Below are positions 10,142 to 22,672 of a DNA stretch of 64,000 nt, one piece after another. The position numbers and the translations under genes are program-made. The notes below the pieces were generated by a model. It did not search any database. It was not told the origin of the DNA and was given only the letters and a program-made list of their open reading frames with translations. The number at the start of each line of letters is the position of its first letter. Positions within the stretch are counted from its first letter, which is position 1. Source of the stretch: an uncultured Bacteroidales bacterium (GTDB lineage Bacteria > Bacteroidota > Bacteroidia > Bacteroidales > VadinHA17); NCBI GenBank assembly GCA_963730615.1, contig CAVSSR010000003.1, forward strand, positions 88 to 64,087, read 5' to 3'.

Positions 10142-10922
10142 TCAGAGGCTTTTGATGTTCATGCCTCCGCTGACTTCAAAAACGGTTCCGGATGAAAATT
10201 GCCAGTCACCTCTTGCAAGGGAGGCAACTGCTTTGGCAACATCTTCAGGTGTGCCCCATCTCTTCTGAGGAATAAGGCCTTCAGCAATGAGTTTGTCAAA
10301 TCTGTCCTTGCTTCTGTGGGTCAGATCCGTCTCGATCAGGCCGGGTCTTATCTCGTAAACATTAATTCCTTCCTCTGTCAGCCTGTCTGCAAAAACCTGT
10401 GCAGCCATGCTGAGGCCTGCTTTTGATATGCAAAACTCAATTCCGGTGGTAAAAGATGTATAGGCAAGGAATGATGTCACGAACATTATTGAAGGCCGGT
10501 AGTCCTCTGATTTGTTCCCTTATCCAGATCATTTCCCGTGCAACTTTCCTGGCAAAAAAGACAGGGCCCCGCAGGTTGATCTGTGTAACACGGTCAAAGT
10601 CCTCCTCTTCAAGGTCAAGCAAGTCCCTCCGCTCAATGGGGCCAACGCCGGCATTGTTCACCAGCAGGTCTATCCGTCCGTAATGCTCCAGTATGCTGGA
10701 GATCGCCTCATCGTGTAAAGATGTATGAGCAATATCAAGACCGATGGGGAAGAATGCTGCGCCAAGCTTCTCAATTTCCGGCTGGAGTGAAATCATGCAC
10801 TCGCTGTCAGGGGTACGGCCGATGGCGACAATATCATAACCTTCGGAAGCAAGTGACAGTGAGATGGCACGGCCGATGCCCCTGCTTGCTCCTGTGATTA
10901 TGGCTACTGGTTTCTGATTCAT
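10142..10922 (-). pseudogene. Short-chain dehydrogenase/reductase (FabG-like); frame interrupted once
   Basis: N-terminal fragment has ITGASRGIGRA (TGxxxGxG) and NNAG. The C-terminal fragment carries the Y/K region (CISKAG). Confidence 0.8.
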
Positions 10923-10931
10923 ATTGTCAGG

Positions 10932-12521
10932 TTACTTGCCGGATATGGGTTTTCTCTTTAGCTTCAGGATGATCTCGCAGTCTCCGCTGACATCAGCATC
11001 AGAAGTTACATATGTACTTTTGTTAATGCTTGATGAAAGGTACTTTTTCTTCTTTCCGCCAATTAAAAGGTCACCGGCGACGTAATTCACAGGCACAGGC
11101 AGGGACAGCTGAATATATTCAAAGCTCCCCGAGAGCTTAATTGTCATTTTCTCTGCCGTCTGGCTGTAGATATATTTTACGAATGCACCGGAGCTCTTAT
11201 AATCTACGCTTACTTCAGCTTTTTCAATTCCCGCGGCAGTCCACCTCGGGCAGATACGTACTCTCTTAAAGAGCTTGTCTTTATCCTGTATCCCGACGAG
11301 ACCTTCGACAAAAGCATAAAGCATTGCTGACGAGCCCCAACCGTCTGTTGGTTTGGCTTCGGGTGATGTGCTTCTCTCCACTGTTGAAGGCTTACCATCC
11401 GGGAAATACCACAGATAGGTCTCCCCGTTCCGGGATATCAGGTCATAATAACGCATCAGGATATCAATGCCGTACTGTTCATAACCGTACTCAAGTGCGG
11501 CACGGGCCAGCTCGCCTCCTGTGAGAGGCATGATTCCTCCGTTGCAGTATGCGCCTCCCGACAGTTTATAATCACCGAAGATACCTGACGGAAACGGCGG
11601 GTCAATGGAGAACCACTCTGCAAAAGCGGAGGTGGTCTCACGCCGTTTCATGTATTCATTGATTATCGATGCGGCAATATGAGGAGTCGCGGCGCCCCTG
11701 TTGATAGCGGCAGGATTACTCAGGCTGAGCTGTGATGCTTCGTCAACGCCATCAATTGTCACAGGCGTCTGTTTCACAAAATGAGTGTAGAACGAACCGT
11801 TGAAACAGGTGCTGTTCATGCTCTTGCGCAGTTTCATGGCACGGTCGCGCCATTTGGCTGACCTGATCTTGTCGCCGAACATGTCATACCAGTATGACAT
11901 GAAGTGAAATGCCTCATAATAACCGCTGTTGTCACCGTGGAAGTAACCCCAGAAAGTCTTGTCATCTATCTGGAACTGAAGCCAGTCATGCTGTCCCGCT
12001 GTATAGGCGAAGTCCCACGTGTCTATTGTATAAGGCCTGCGGAAGAGATATTTTTCCTTATCGAAGTAACGTCCGCCCATCACGTAACCGAGGGCCTTTT
12101 CAAATGACGGTATCAGCTCTTTGATGAAGGCATCGTCACCGGTAGCCTGCCATGCCAGCCATGATGCCTTGATGAACCTGAACTCGGTGTCTGCCTCTAC
12201 GGGTGTCCTGACATATTTGGTCCAGTTCTCGCGTTCGCAGGGAAGCTTCTCGGGAAAGGTGGTGAAATAGTCAAAAATGCGGCCGTTGCGTGCCTGGTTG
12301 TCAGCGAAATGCCTTATGGTGCTTTTCAGATCTGCCTCCGAATAGCGGAGAGCCCTCATCATGTCTGAATAGTTCCTTATCCAGATAGAACGGGCATCAG
12401 GGGACCGGTAACCTCTTATCTTTTCACCATCGATATTTACTTCAAGAAGATCCTGCTCCAGGAATCGGATTATCCTGGGAAAGAGTTCGTCAAATGCCGG
12501 AGTACCAGTTCTGACATACAT
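10932..12521 (-). CDS. Uncharacterised protein, probably an (alpha/alpha)6-barrel glycoside-hydrolase-like fold
   Basis: 529-aa intact ORF. DGWGSSAMLYAFVEGLVGI and aromatic-rich repeats resemble six-hairpin GH families. The family is not assignable by eye. Confidence 0.5.
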   Translation of the reverse strand: MYVRTGTPAFDELFPRIIRFLEQDLLEVNIDGEKIRGYRSPDARSIWIRNYSDMMRALRYSEADLKSTIRHFADNQARNGRIFDYFTTFPEKLPCERENWTKYVRTPVEADTEFRFIKASWLAWQATGDDAFIKELIPSFEKALGYVMGGRYFDKEKYLFRRPYTIDTWDFAYTAGQHDWLQFQIDDKTFWGYFHGDNSGYYEAFHFMSYWYDMFGDKIRSAKWRDRAMKLRKSMNSTCFNGSFYTHFVKQTPVTIDGVDEASQLSLSNPAAINRGAATPHIAASIINEYMKRRETTSAFAEWFSIDPPFPSGIFGDYKLSGGAYCNGGIMPLTGGELARAALEYGYEQYGIDILMRYYDLISRNGETYLWYFPDGKPSTVERSTSPEAKPTDGWGSSAMLYAFVEGLVGIQDKDKLFKRVRICPRWTAAGIEKAEVSVDYKSSGAFVKYIYSQTAEKMTIKLSGSFEYIQLSLPVPVNYVAGDLLIGGKKKKYLSSSINKSTYVTSDADVSGDCEIILKLKRKPISGK

Positions 12522-12562
12522 AACTGGAAGGTTAGGTTAGTTTCAAGGGTTAAAAATAGCAA

Positions 12563-13228
12563 TTAATCTTTTTGATTCTCACCGCTATTGCCATTTTCTT
12601 CCTCCCCTCCGGTCTCCTCCTCCTCCTTTTCATAAAACGGAACCGGACGCTGTGGGCCCTCGGCACGATACCATGCTGCAAGGAACAGTCCAACGACGGC
12701 TCCCAGCATGTGCGATTCCCACGAGATATCTATCCTGAACCCGGGGAAGATGCCCCATACCATTTCGCCGTAAAGGAATGCCACCAGCAGGGAAAGACCC
12801 ATGAGCGGAATATGGCGCCGGATTATGCCGCTGACAAAGAGAAAAGAGGCAAGGCCGTAAATGATGCCGCTTGCTCCTATGTGCCACGAAGGCCTGCCGG
12901 TGACCCACACAGACAGGCCCGTTAACAGAAAGAGCCACAGCAGTACCCTGAAAGATACCTGTGAATAAAAGTAGAAGAGGGCTGTTCCAAGGACAAACAG
13001 GGGTATGGTGTTGTTAAACAGGTGCTTAATGTCGGCATGGATGAAGGGTGATGTGATTATTCCGGTAAGGGATGATGCTTTCAGGGGATATATGCCGAGG
13101 AAATAAAGGTCTATGTCAAAAATCACCTCAACGGCCCTGACGAGCCACATCAGGGAAATGAAAATAAAAGGGATAAGCATACTGAGAAGCAATCGCTTCT
13201 TATCCGGTGCGGCTGATTGTTCATCCAT
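12563..13228 (-). CDS. Rhomboid-family intramembrane serine protease
   Basis: Multi-TM protein with GASGIIYG (GxSG) and a downstream His in WESHMLGAVVG. Confidence 0.8.
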   Translation of the reverse strand: MDEQSAAPDKKRLLLSMLIPFIFISLMWLVRAVEVIFDIDLYFLGIYPLKASSLTGIITSPFIHADIKHLFNNTIPLFVLGTALFYFYSQVSFRVLLWLFLLTGLSVWVTGRPSWHIGASGIIYGLASFLFVSGIIRRHIPLMGLSLLVAFLYGEMVWGIFPGFRIDISWESHMLGAVVGLFLAAWYRAEGPQRPVPFYEKEEEETGGEEENGNSGENQKD

Positions 13229-13243
13229 AACAGCAGCTCCCTG

Positions 13244-14240
13244 TTATCCTTTCTTATCGCGTCCCGGGTACTTTATTCCGGCTTTTTTCCGGATTGCGTC
13301 GAGGGTCCCGGCAAGAGTGAGCGAGAATGAGAGCGGTACCACAGGGCTCTCCGTCAGCCCTTTATCAAGACAGTTCATCACCTCCACGGCCTCGTGCTGA
13401 TAACCCTGGGCAGGCGGGGTGAAGACCCTGTCTTCCGTGTCATTCGGGATATTCAATGAAAAGATGCTGCGCACGGTCTCTTCCGCGCGAAAGGATCAGG
13501 TTGCCCTTTTCACAGTTGAATTCGGTCGATACACCTGCCATACTTGAAAATGAGCTGTGTGCTTCCGCAAGCCTGCCGTCACTGAATCTGAAGATCACAG
13601 AGGTGCTTTCATCAGCTCCTGTGGGAGAGAGAACGGCGGAAGCAACTATTGTCTCCGGCTCACCCATATAACGAAGTATGTCCATTACCGGATAAATTCC
13701 AATGTCAAGAAGTGAACCGCCGCCAAGCTCCGGATTATATGTCCTGAGCTCCGGATCATAAGGTGACAGGAAGGCGAACTTCCCGCTCATGTGTATCAGC
13801 CTGCCCATCTTTCCGCTGTCAAGTATCGCTGAAGCTTTCAGATAAGAGGGCTGAAACGGGGGCCATAACGCTTCCATAAGAAACAGTCCCAGCTTTTTAG
13901 CCTCGTCTGCCATCACCTTAACTTCCGCGGCGGTTATTGACATCGGCTTCTCGCAGATAACATGCTTTCCGTTCCGGAGCGCAAGAAGGGTATGCTGAAG
14001 ATGATGTGAATGAGGAGATGAGATATATACTATGTCCACCGCAGGATCAGCAACCATCTCCTCATAACTGCCGTAGTGGGTTTTAAAACCAAACTCGGCC
14101 GCAAATTTTTCGGCCTGTCCGGCATCACGCGATCCAACCGCATGGAGATGTGCATTATCCAGCAACATCAGCGACCGGGCAAACTTGTGTGCAATATTGC
14201 CGGTTCCGAGAATTCCCCAGTTATATGCTTTCATCATCAT
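13244..14240 (-). pseudogene. Gfo/Idh/MocA-family oxidoreductase (cytoplasmic); frame interrupted once
   Basis: WGILGTGNIAHKF Rossmann N-terminus and EKP motif (VICEKPM). The C-terminal 76-aa fragment lies in another frame. Confidence 0.8.
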
Positions 14241-14370
14241 TGATTTTTGATAAAGTTAACGATTATTGATGTAACCCGCTTACCTGCCCGTTTCAGGGCT
14301 GTTAATAAAAAAAATAAAATATTCTTAAAATAAATACTTCTATGTATTGCATAGTATTAAATTAAATATA

Positions 14371-14378
14371 TATATTTG
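14371..14378 (+). promoter_or_regulatory. Bacteroidetes-type -7 box (TATATTTG) for the PspC/PadR operon
   Basis: Matches TAnnTTTG, about 45 nt upstream of the ATG at 14425, inside a very AT-rich spacer. Confidence 0.45.
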
Positions 14379-14424
14379 CATTACAATATTAGTATGTATT
14401 AACAGGTACCTTATAAAAAAGACA

Positions 14425-15006
14425 ATGAAAGTAACAGTTAACATCAACCTCGGGGGCTATGCATTTAATGTTGATGAGGATGCTTATGACCGCCTCCGTC
14501 AATACATGAAAAGTCTTGAAAAGGAGTTTTCAGGTGAGTCAAGCGCAGCCGAGATCATGGCTGACATTGAAGGAAGGATAGCCGAACTATTCAAATCGAG
14601 GCTTACCGGTTACAAACAGGTGATCACCATGAAGGATGTAGAGGAGGTTATGGCCATCCTCGGCGCTCCTGAGGTCATCAGCGGCAGCGGAACCAAAGAA
14701 GAGCGTTCCGGCAGGTCGCCGAGACGGATCTACCGTGATCCTGACGGAAGAATTATCGGAGGGGTATGCGCCGGCCTCGGGGCATACTTCAACTGGGATC
14801 CGCTGATCTGGAGGGTGATTTTTGGCGCACTGGTTATTGCCGGCGGCTTCGGGATTGCCCTGTACCTTATCCTGTGGATCATCGTTCCGGAGGCAAGGAC
14901 CACGGCTCAGAAACTTGAGATGAGAGGCGACCCGGTGACGATTGAGAACATCAAAGATTCTGTTAAAGAGGAATTTGAGACCGTTAAAAAGAAAATGAAT
15001 CTTTAA
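14425..15006 (+). CDS. PspC-domain membrane protein
   Basis: RIYRDPDGRIIGGVCAGLGAYFNWDPLIWRVIF is the PspC motif. Start moved to MKVTVNINLGG, because the ORF-table start lies in the promoter. Confidence 0.8.
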   Translation: MKVTVNINLGGYAFNVDEDAYDRLRQYMKSLEKEFSGESSAAEIMADIEGRIAELFKSRLTGYKQVITMKDVEEVMAILGAPEVISGSGTKEERSGRSPRRIYRDPDGRIIGGVCAGLGAYFNWDPLIWRVIFGALVIAGGFGIALYLILWIIVPEARTTAQKLEMRGDPVTIENIKDSVKEEFETVKKKMNL

Positions 15007-15046
15007 CGGTATACAACATAGAAATGCTGATAAAAAAGGAATTGCC

Positions 15047-15376
15047 ATGAATACGGACAACACAAAAGCACAAATGCGCAAGGGAATTCTTGAGTACTGC
15101 ATACTGGCAGTGCTTTCAAGGAATTCATGCTATGCAGTCGACATCATCAATGAGCTCAAAAAGGCAGAGGTGATAGTCGTTGAAGGAACACTCTACCCCC
15201 TGCTTACACGACAGAAGAATGCGGGGTTGCTGAGTTACCGCTGGGAGGAATCTCCGCAGGGGCCGCCCCGCAAGTACTATGAGCTCACCGAACTGGGAAA
15301 GATTTATCTCAGTGAGCTTGATAAGTCGTGGGAAGCGCTTGTAGAATCAGTTAATCAGATACGGGACAAGAAATAA
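15047..15376 (+). CDS. PadR-family transcriptional regulator
   Basis: ILEYCILAVL...YAVDIINELK...EGTLYPLLTRQKNAGLL...RKYYELTELG. Confidence 0.85.
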   Translation: MNTDNTKAQMRKGILEYCILAVLSRNSCYAVDIINELKKAEVIVVEGTLYPLLTRQKNAGLLSYRWEESPQGPPRKYYELTELGKIYLSELDKSWEALVESVNQIRDKK

Positions 15377-15385
15377 GAGGCAGCC

Positions 15386-16651
15386 ATGAAAAAAACAATG
15401 AATATCAATATTGCCGGACAACTCTTCCGTATTGATGAGGATGCCTGGGAGATTCTGACACACTACCTGAACCATGTAGCCACCAGGTTCCGCAAGGAAC
15501 AGGGAGGCGATGAGACACTTGCCGATATTGAATCGCGTATTGCCGAGATCTTCGGAGGAGGAAAGGAACCGCCGGTACTTGTCTCGAAAGAGATGGTCAG
15601 TGACATGATCAATACAATGGGCGCTCCGGAGGACTACTATGATGATAACAGCGTGAACCGTGACAGCACTGCCTTCACCACCCGCAAGTCGATGTACGAC
15701 CCCAACAGCCTTTCTGCCCGTACCGGCAAAGCCCTCGCAGGTTTTTTCAGCGCACTGGGGAAAGTACTGTCAGCAATTTTCAGGGTGTTTGCCATATTCT
15801 TTGGAGTAATATTTACAATTATCGGATTTGTTCTTCTCTTCTCATTTGCAATGGTACTTTTCTTCCATGATGCACCCTTCCTCGCTTCAGCGATGGAACC
15901 GGGAATGACAAACATTAATACGCTGCTATCTATAGTACTGAACAGCAATATGGTATGGCCCGTAATCATTCTTACTGCCCTCGTTATCCTGATCCCGCTG
16001 ATAGCCCTTACCTATCTGGGTATCAAGATGATCTTCAATATCAAAACGAGGCTCAGGGTTTTAACGATAGTAATGACCGTCATCTGGTTTGCATCTGTCT
16101 GTTGCCTGGGGGTTTTCCTCGGCCTTCAGCTCTCTGTTTATTCGAACAGTGAACGTATTGAAAAGAAGATGAGTCTTGAGGCTCCGCCGAAGATATTATG
16201 GATCGCCCCGTTAAGAAAGGTTTCAGACATAAACTATGATGAAACAGCCTCCGTTGACCACTTTACATTCTACCGCAATTCACCGGATGGCAGGCTTTAT
16301 GCCACAGCGGACCTGAACATTTACGGAAGTGACACCACCTCCGGGTGGATCTCTGTGGAGAAGAGGGCGAGCAGTAACTCAAATGACGAAGCCTGGACAA
16401 ATGCCCGTCTTATTGATTATAACTGGAAATTTTCGGGTGACACGCTTTATCTTGATGAGTTCTTTTCACTGCCGGCAGGCAGCAAATGGAACGGTTCCCT
16501 TGTCGATATCGACCTGGGTCTCCCGGAAGGCACAGAAGTGAGATGTGCTCCCGAAACCACTTTGTCAAAATGGCAGTTTCATATTCACAACTTTAACGGT
16601 ACAGGTGTCTTTCGGATAGAAGAAGGCCAGCTTACGGAAGTATCAGAATAA
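15386..16651 (+). CDS. Membrane protein of the PadR/PspC operon; its N-terminal module is paralogous to the 14425 gene
   Basis: MNINIAGQLFRIDEDAWEILTHYL...LADIESRIAEIF parallels VNINLGGYAFNVDEDAYDRLRQYM...MADIEGRIAELF. Four to five TM segments, then a soluble C-terminal domain. Confidence 0.7.
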   Translation: MKKTMNINIAGQLFRIDEDAWEILTHYLNHVATRFRKEQGGDETLADIESRIAEIFGGGKEPPVLVSKEMVSDMINTMGAPEDYYDDNSVNRDSTAFTTRKSMYDPNSLSARTGKALAGFFSALGKVLSAIFRVFAIFFGVIFTIIGFVLLFSFAMVLFFHDAPFLASAMEPGMTNINTLLSIVLNSNMVWPVIILTALVILIPLIALTYLGIKMIFNIKTRLRVLTIVMTVIWFASVCCLGVFLGLQLSVYSNSERIEKKMSLEAPPKILWIAPLRKVSDINYDETASVDHFTFYRNSPDGRLYATADLNIYGSDTTSGWISVEKRASSNSNDEAWTNARLIDYNWKFSGDTLYLDEFFSLPAGSKWNGSLVDIDLGLPEGTEVRCAPETTLSKWQFHIHNFNGTGVFRIEEGQLTEVSE

Positions 16652-16694
16652 AGAAGGGCAATATATCTGCACCCACGGATCCTTGCTCATTCCC

Positions 16695-16724
16695 ATCCCG
16701 GCACAACATGCCGGGATTTTTTTT
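16695..16724 (+). terminator. Intrinsic terminator
   Basis: ATCCCGGCA-caaca-TGCCGGGAT followed by TTTTTTT. Confidence 0.8.
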
Positions 16725-16772
16725 GCTCACTCAGACTGATTCTCTATCTTTAAAGCCATAACAACATCTGTT

Positions 16773-18762
16773 ATGGAACTTGGCGTTCTCAAAGATATTG
16801 TCATAATATTTGCCCTTTCGACCTTTGTCAACTTCATTTTTACCAGGATCAAGGTCCCTGCCATTATCGGGTATCTGATAACCGGTGTTATTGCCGGTCC
16901 TCATCTTCTGGCACTTATAAACTCGCCTGAAAATGTTGAGGTTATGGCAGAAATAGGTGTCATTCTGCTTATGTTCACCATTGGCCTTGAGTTTTCGCTA
17001 AACCATCTTCTCAATATCCGCAGGATAGTCTTTTTGGGCGGATTTATGCAGCTGCTGCTGACAGCCGGGGTGACCCTGCTTATGGCCAGAGTTTATCAGT
17101 TCGGATGGGCTGAGTCTGTCTTTGTCGGTTTCCTGACTGCTCTCAGCAGCACGGCAGTAGTGCTTAAGCTGCTGCAGGAACGGTCTGAGCTGACCACCCA
17201 TTACGGAAGAACCACAGTCGGAATACTCATCTTCCAGGATATTATCCTGATACCGTTACTGCTTTTTACTCCCATACTCGGGGGTGCAACAGCAAATATC
17301 GGAAATGAGTTGCTGATGCTGTTGCTTAAAACCACGGGCATAATAATATTCATATATATTGGAAACAGGTGGCTGATGCCCAGGCTGCTTCACCTGATAG
17401 CAATGACGCACAGCCAGGAGCTCTTTCTCATGAGCATCCTTCTCTTTTGCCTTGCCGTTGCAATGCTGACACATGAGCTGGGTATGTCGCTTGCTTTCGG
17501 AGCGTTCCTGGCCGGACTGATGATCTCTGACTCAGAGTACAGCCACAGCGCGTTCGGCAACCTGATACCTTTCAAGGATGTCTTTACCAGCTTCTTCTTT
17601 GTTTCAATAGGGATGCTCCTTGACCTTGGCTTCGTATATGATCATCCATGGCTCGTGATAGCCACAGTGCTTCTGGTAATAGTCCTGAAGACAATTATTG
17701 CCGGCTTTACTGCATTCACTCTCGGGCATACCTTCTTCGGGACCGTGGTCATCGGCCTCTCTCTTGCACAGGTTGGAGAGTTTTCATTCATCCTCGCAAG
17801 GCTCGGCCTGACCAATAAGATAATCACTCCCTATCACTACCAGCTCTTCCTGTCTGTAGCAATTACCTCAATGGCTCTCTCTCCCCTGCTGATACAGGTC
17901 TCCAGACCGTTAGCCAATCTGATACTTAAGCTGCCTCTTCCGCAGTTTCTCGTCGAACGGACTCTTCCCGCTGAAACAGGTAGAGATACCTGAAATTAAA
18001 AGCCATATCGTTCTTATCGGAAAAGATTCCAGGGCCATTAACCTGGCGGCCATGATCAAAAAAATGGAGCTGCCCTTTACTTCAATCGTGTTTGATCCTG
18101 ACCGTGCCCGCAAACAGATAGAGAACGGAAATCTGGCTGTTTTCGGAGATGCAAATAATGAACCGGTTCTCCGCCAGGCATATGTACATACTGCAGAAAT
18201 GGTAATTGTCTCGGTGGGAGATCTTATCAAGGCAATGTCTATCGTCGAGCATGTCAGGGGAATGAACAAGCATGCATATATCATCGTCAGAACCAGGCAT
18301 GTGACTGATATTGAGGAGTTATACCGCATCGGTGCAACCCAGGTTATTCCTGAGGAATTTGAGACAGCCATTGATTTCTTTGAAAGGATACTCGGCAAAT
18401 ATCTCATCCCGCGTATGGAAATAGAACGGGCAATAGCACGGATAAGGGAGGATAACTACGGCATTTTCAGAGACAAGGACAAGGTCGGCGGATACTCTCT
18501 TCTGAAGGATATACCGGATATTGAAATAGCTGCCGTAAAGGTTGAAGAAAAATCGGTCTTTGCAGGTAAAACAATAGCTGAAACAGCTCTCAGGAAAACC
18601 TGCGGCGTCACAATGGTGGCACTCAAGCATGGAGATAAAATCATTACAAATCCCGAACCCTCCACTGTAATAAACCGGAATGACATAGCCTATCTGCTTG
18701 GAAAACCCGAAATGATTGCCATTGCAACCGATTTGCTGTCAAAAGAGGTAGATCAGCCGTAG
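16773..18762 (+). pseudogene. CPA2 (Kef-type) cation:proton antiporter with C-terminal RCK (TrkA-N/TrkA-C) domains; frame interrupted near 17.99 kb, or two adjacent genes
   Basis: Membrane part 16773-17993 with GPHLL and GLEFS motifs. The RCK part 18052-18762 reads on from HIVLIGKDSRAINLA, in a frame shifted by one. Confidence 0.7.
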
Positions 18763-18886
18763 TCCCCAGCCGGCCATCTTCACCATTCAAGAACAAACAT
18801 CCCCGGTTTTTGTTACACTTCCGTCATTGCCTTGTTAAATGGCTGATATACGGTAATAATTAAGCCTGATTAAAAAATCTATTACA

Positions 18887-20491
18887 ATGAATAATGCAAT
18901 TTTTTCGATACACAGGCCTCATAATGAGCCGGTTTTAAGTTATGCTCCGGGCACCAGGGAGCGTGATGAACTTATGAAGGAACTACAGAGGATCTCATCC
19001 GAAATTGTTGAGATACCTGTTGTTGTCAACGGCAGGAAAATAAGGACCGGTAAGACCGGCAGTGTCGTTATGCCTCACAACCACAGTCATGTCCTTGCCA
19101 CTTACCATATGGCCGGTGAAAAGGAGACACACGAGGCTATTGATGCAGCCATGCAGGCCAAGGAGGTGTGGATGACCATGTCATGGGTTGAAAGAGCGTC
19201 GATAATGCTGAAGGCAGCCGAGTTGCTTTCCAAAAAATACCGTTATACTATTGTGGCCGCCACCATGCTCGGACAGAGCAAGAGTGTTCAGCAGGCCGAG
19301 GTGGAGGCCGCCTGCGAGACGATAGATTTCCTGAGATACAATGCATATTTTGCCGGACAGATATACCTGGAACAGCCGAGGTCAGGCTGGGATCAGCTTA
19401 ACAGGGTCGAATACAGGCCTCTGGAAGGATTTGTATATACGGTCTCCCCATTTAACTTCACCGCCATAGCGTCAAACCTTAATATGTCAGTCGCACTGAT
19501 GGGTAATACCACAGTGTGGAAACCGGCTACCACTTCGCTCCTGTCAAGCTGGATACTGATGAATGTCTTCACGGAAGCCGGAATGCCTGACGGTGTGATC
19601 AACTTCCTGCCCGGACAGGGGTCCATCGATCAGCAGTGTGGTACTGAACCATCGTGATCTCGGGGGAATACATTTCACCGGATCGAACGGCACTTTCAAC
19701 TCACTGTGGAAGACCGTATCAGGCAACCTCGAAAAGTACAGGTCATATCCGCGTATTGTAGGTGAAACCGGAGGCAAGGATTTTATCATGATCCACCGGT
19801 CCGCAAACCCTCTTGAGGCAGCTACCGCAATTATCAGGGGCTCATTCGAATTCCAGGGCCAGAAATGCTCTGCTTCATCAAGGGTATATATTCCGCGGTC
19901 ACTCTGGCCTGAAATTTCCGGTCATCTGAAGAGGCAGGTATCGGAGATAAAGATGGGTGACCCTGCCGACTTCACGTAATTTCATGAATGCCGTCATTGA
20001 CGAGCGTTCTTTTGATAACATAATGAAATACATTGAGATGGCCAGGGCATCGTCCGAGTGCCAGATAATTCACGGAGGTTACGGGGACAAGAAAAAGGGG
20101 TACTTCATTGAGCCGACCGTAATACTCACCACCAACCCGAAGTTCGTGACCATGCAGGAGGAGATCTTCGGACCCGTGGTGACGCTGTATGTGTATGATG
20201 ATGAGAAGTATGAAGAGACTCTTCATATTGTCAATGAGACATCGCCATACGGACTTACGGGCTCAATCTTTTCAAACGACAGGCCTGCAATGGTTAAAGC
20301 ATGCCAGGTACTCCGTTTTGCCGCAGGTAATTTCTACATAAACGACAAACCCACGGGGGCTATGGTAGGAATGCAGCCTTTCGGCGGCGGCAGGGCGTCC
20401 GGTACCAACGACAAAGCCGGCGGCAGGCTCAACCTTGTGAGGTGGACCTCACCGCGCACCATCAAGGAGACTTTCCTGCCTGCTACAGACT

Positions 20492-20514
<23 letters not shown>
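18887..20514 (+). pseudogene. pruA: L-glutamate gamma-semialdehyde (1-pyrroline-5-carboxylate) dehydrogenase; frame interrupted twice
   Basis: Aldehyde dehydrogenase family with VGETGGKDF and FEFQGQKCSASSR (catalytic Cys). The N-terminus resembles the P5CDH type. Fragments 18887-19657, 19638-19979 and 19957-20514. Confidence 0.85.
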
Positions 20515-21573
<1,059 letters not shown>

Positions 21574-21707
21574 TCAACTTTTTTTCAAATTTACCTGAAT
21601 AAATCTTACCCGGTGAAAAATTAGTAACTTGGTAGGGCAAACAATGGAAATTAAAAGCTGCGGAAGCTGCTCCTGCAAAGCTTCCTGTAAAAATATCTTA
21701 TTGTTTT

Positions 21708-22595
21708 ATGAAAGAAAATGAGGGCGGAACAGTATACCATCATCTGAAAGGTGCCCTTCTGATAATTGTCGGCATATTTTCAGCGAGTTTCGGGCTGAAA
21801 GGTTTTTTACTTCCCAACCAGTTTATTGACGGTGGGGTCACGGGTATTTCCCTGCTGGTCAATTATACCTCCGGACTGCCGCTTTCTGTGCTTATTTTCG
21901 CCATAAACGTGCCGTTCATCATTCTTGCATATACGCAGATCTCAAGAATATTTGCGCTCAAGACCCTGCTTGCCATTGCCGGCCTTTCATTTGTTCTGGC
22001 TTTTGTGGAATTTCCGATCATTACCGACGACAAGCTGCTCACGGCAGTTTTTGGCGGTCTGTTCCTGGGTGGTGGAGTAGGTCTCTCCGTCAGGGGCGGC
22101 AGCGTGCTCGACGGAACGGAGATACTCGCACTGTGGGTGGCCAGCAAGGTGGAGGCTTCAATCGGTGACATGATACTTGCCTTCAACATAGTGATCTTTT
22201 CTGCCGCCGCTTTCTTCCTTGGTATTGAACCTGCCCTCTACTCGATCCTGACTTATATTGCCGCATCAAAGACAATTGATTACCTGGTCGAGGGCATTGA
22301 AGAATACACCGGTATATCGATCATATCAGAAAAGAGCAACAAGGTGAAGCTGGCCCTGATGACCCGGTTCGGCCGCGGCATCACTATTTACAAGGGCAAG
22401 CGGAGCATGATCGGCAAAAAGGCTGACATCGACGGTGCCGCAGATCTCGAGATAATCTTCACCATCGTGACCAGGCTTGAGATAAGCAGGGTAAAGAAAA
22501 TCGTCAATGACGTCGACGAGAAGGCTTTCATTTACTGTTTCCCCATCAGCCAGGCTAAAGGGGGCGTCCTGAAAAAGAGGCCGCTACATCATTGA
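21708..22595 (+). CDS. YitT-family membrane protein (DUF2179 C-terminal domain)
   Basis: FIDGGVTGISLL, repeated TM pairs, and a soluble C-terminal domain. Confidence 0.8.
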   Translation: MKENEGGTVYHHLKGALLIIVGIFSASFGLKGFLLPNQFIDGGVTGISLLVNYTSGLPLSVLIFAINVPFIILAYTQISRIFALKTLLAIAGLSFVLAFVEFPIITDDKLLTAVFGGLFLGGGVGLSVRGGSVLDGTEILALWVASKVEASIGDMILAFNIVIFSAAAFFLGIEPALYSILTYIAASKTIDYLVEGIEEYTGISIISEKSNKVKLALMTRFGRGITIYKGKRSMIGKKADIDGAADLEIIFTIVTRLEISRVKKIVNDVDEKAFIYCFPISQAKGGVLKKRPLHH

Positions 22596-22672
22596 TCCGG
22601 CTCATATTCCTTCCTTATTAAAATAAACCTGAAAAACCGGTGAGCCATAATATATCCAAACTCAAATTGTGA

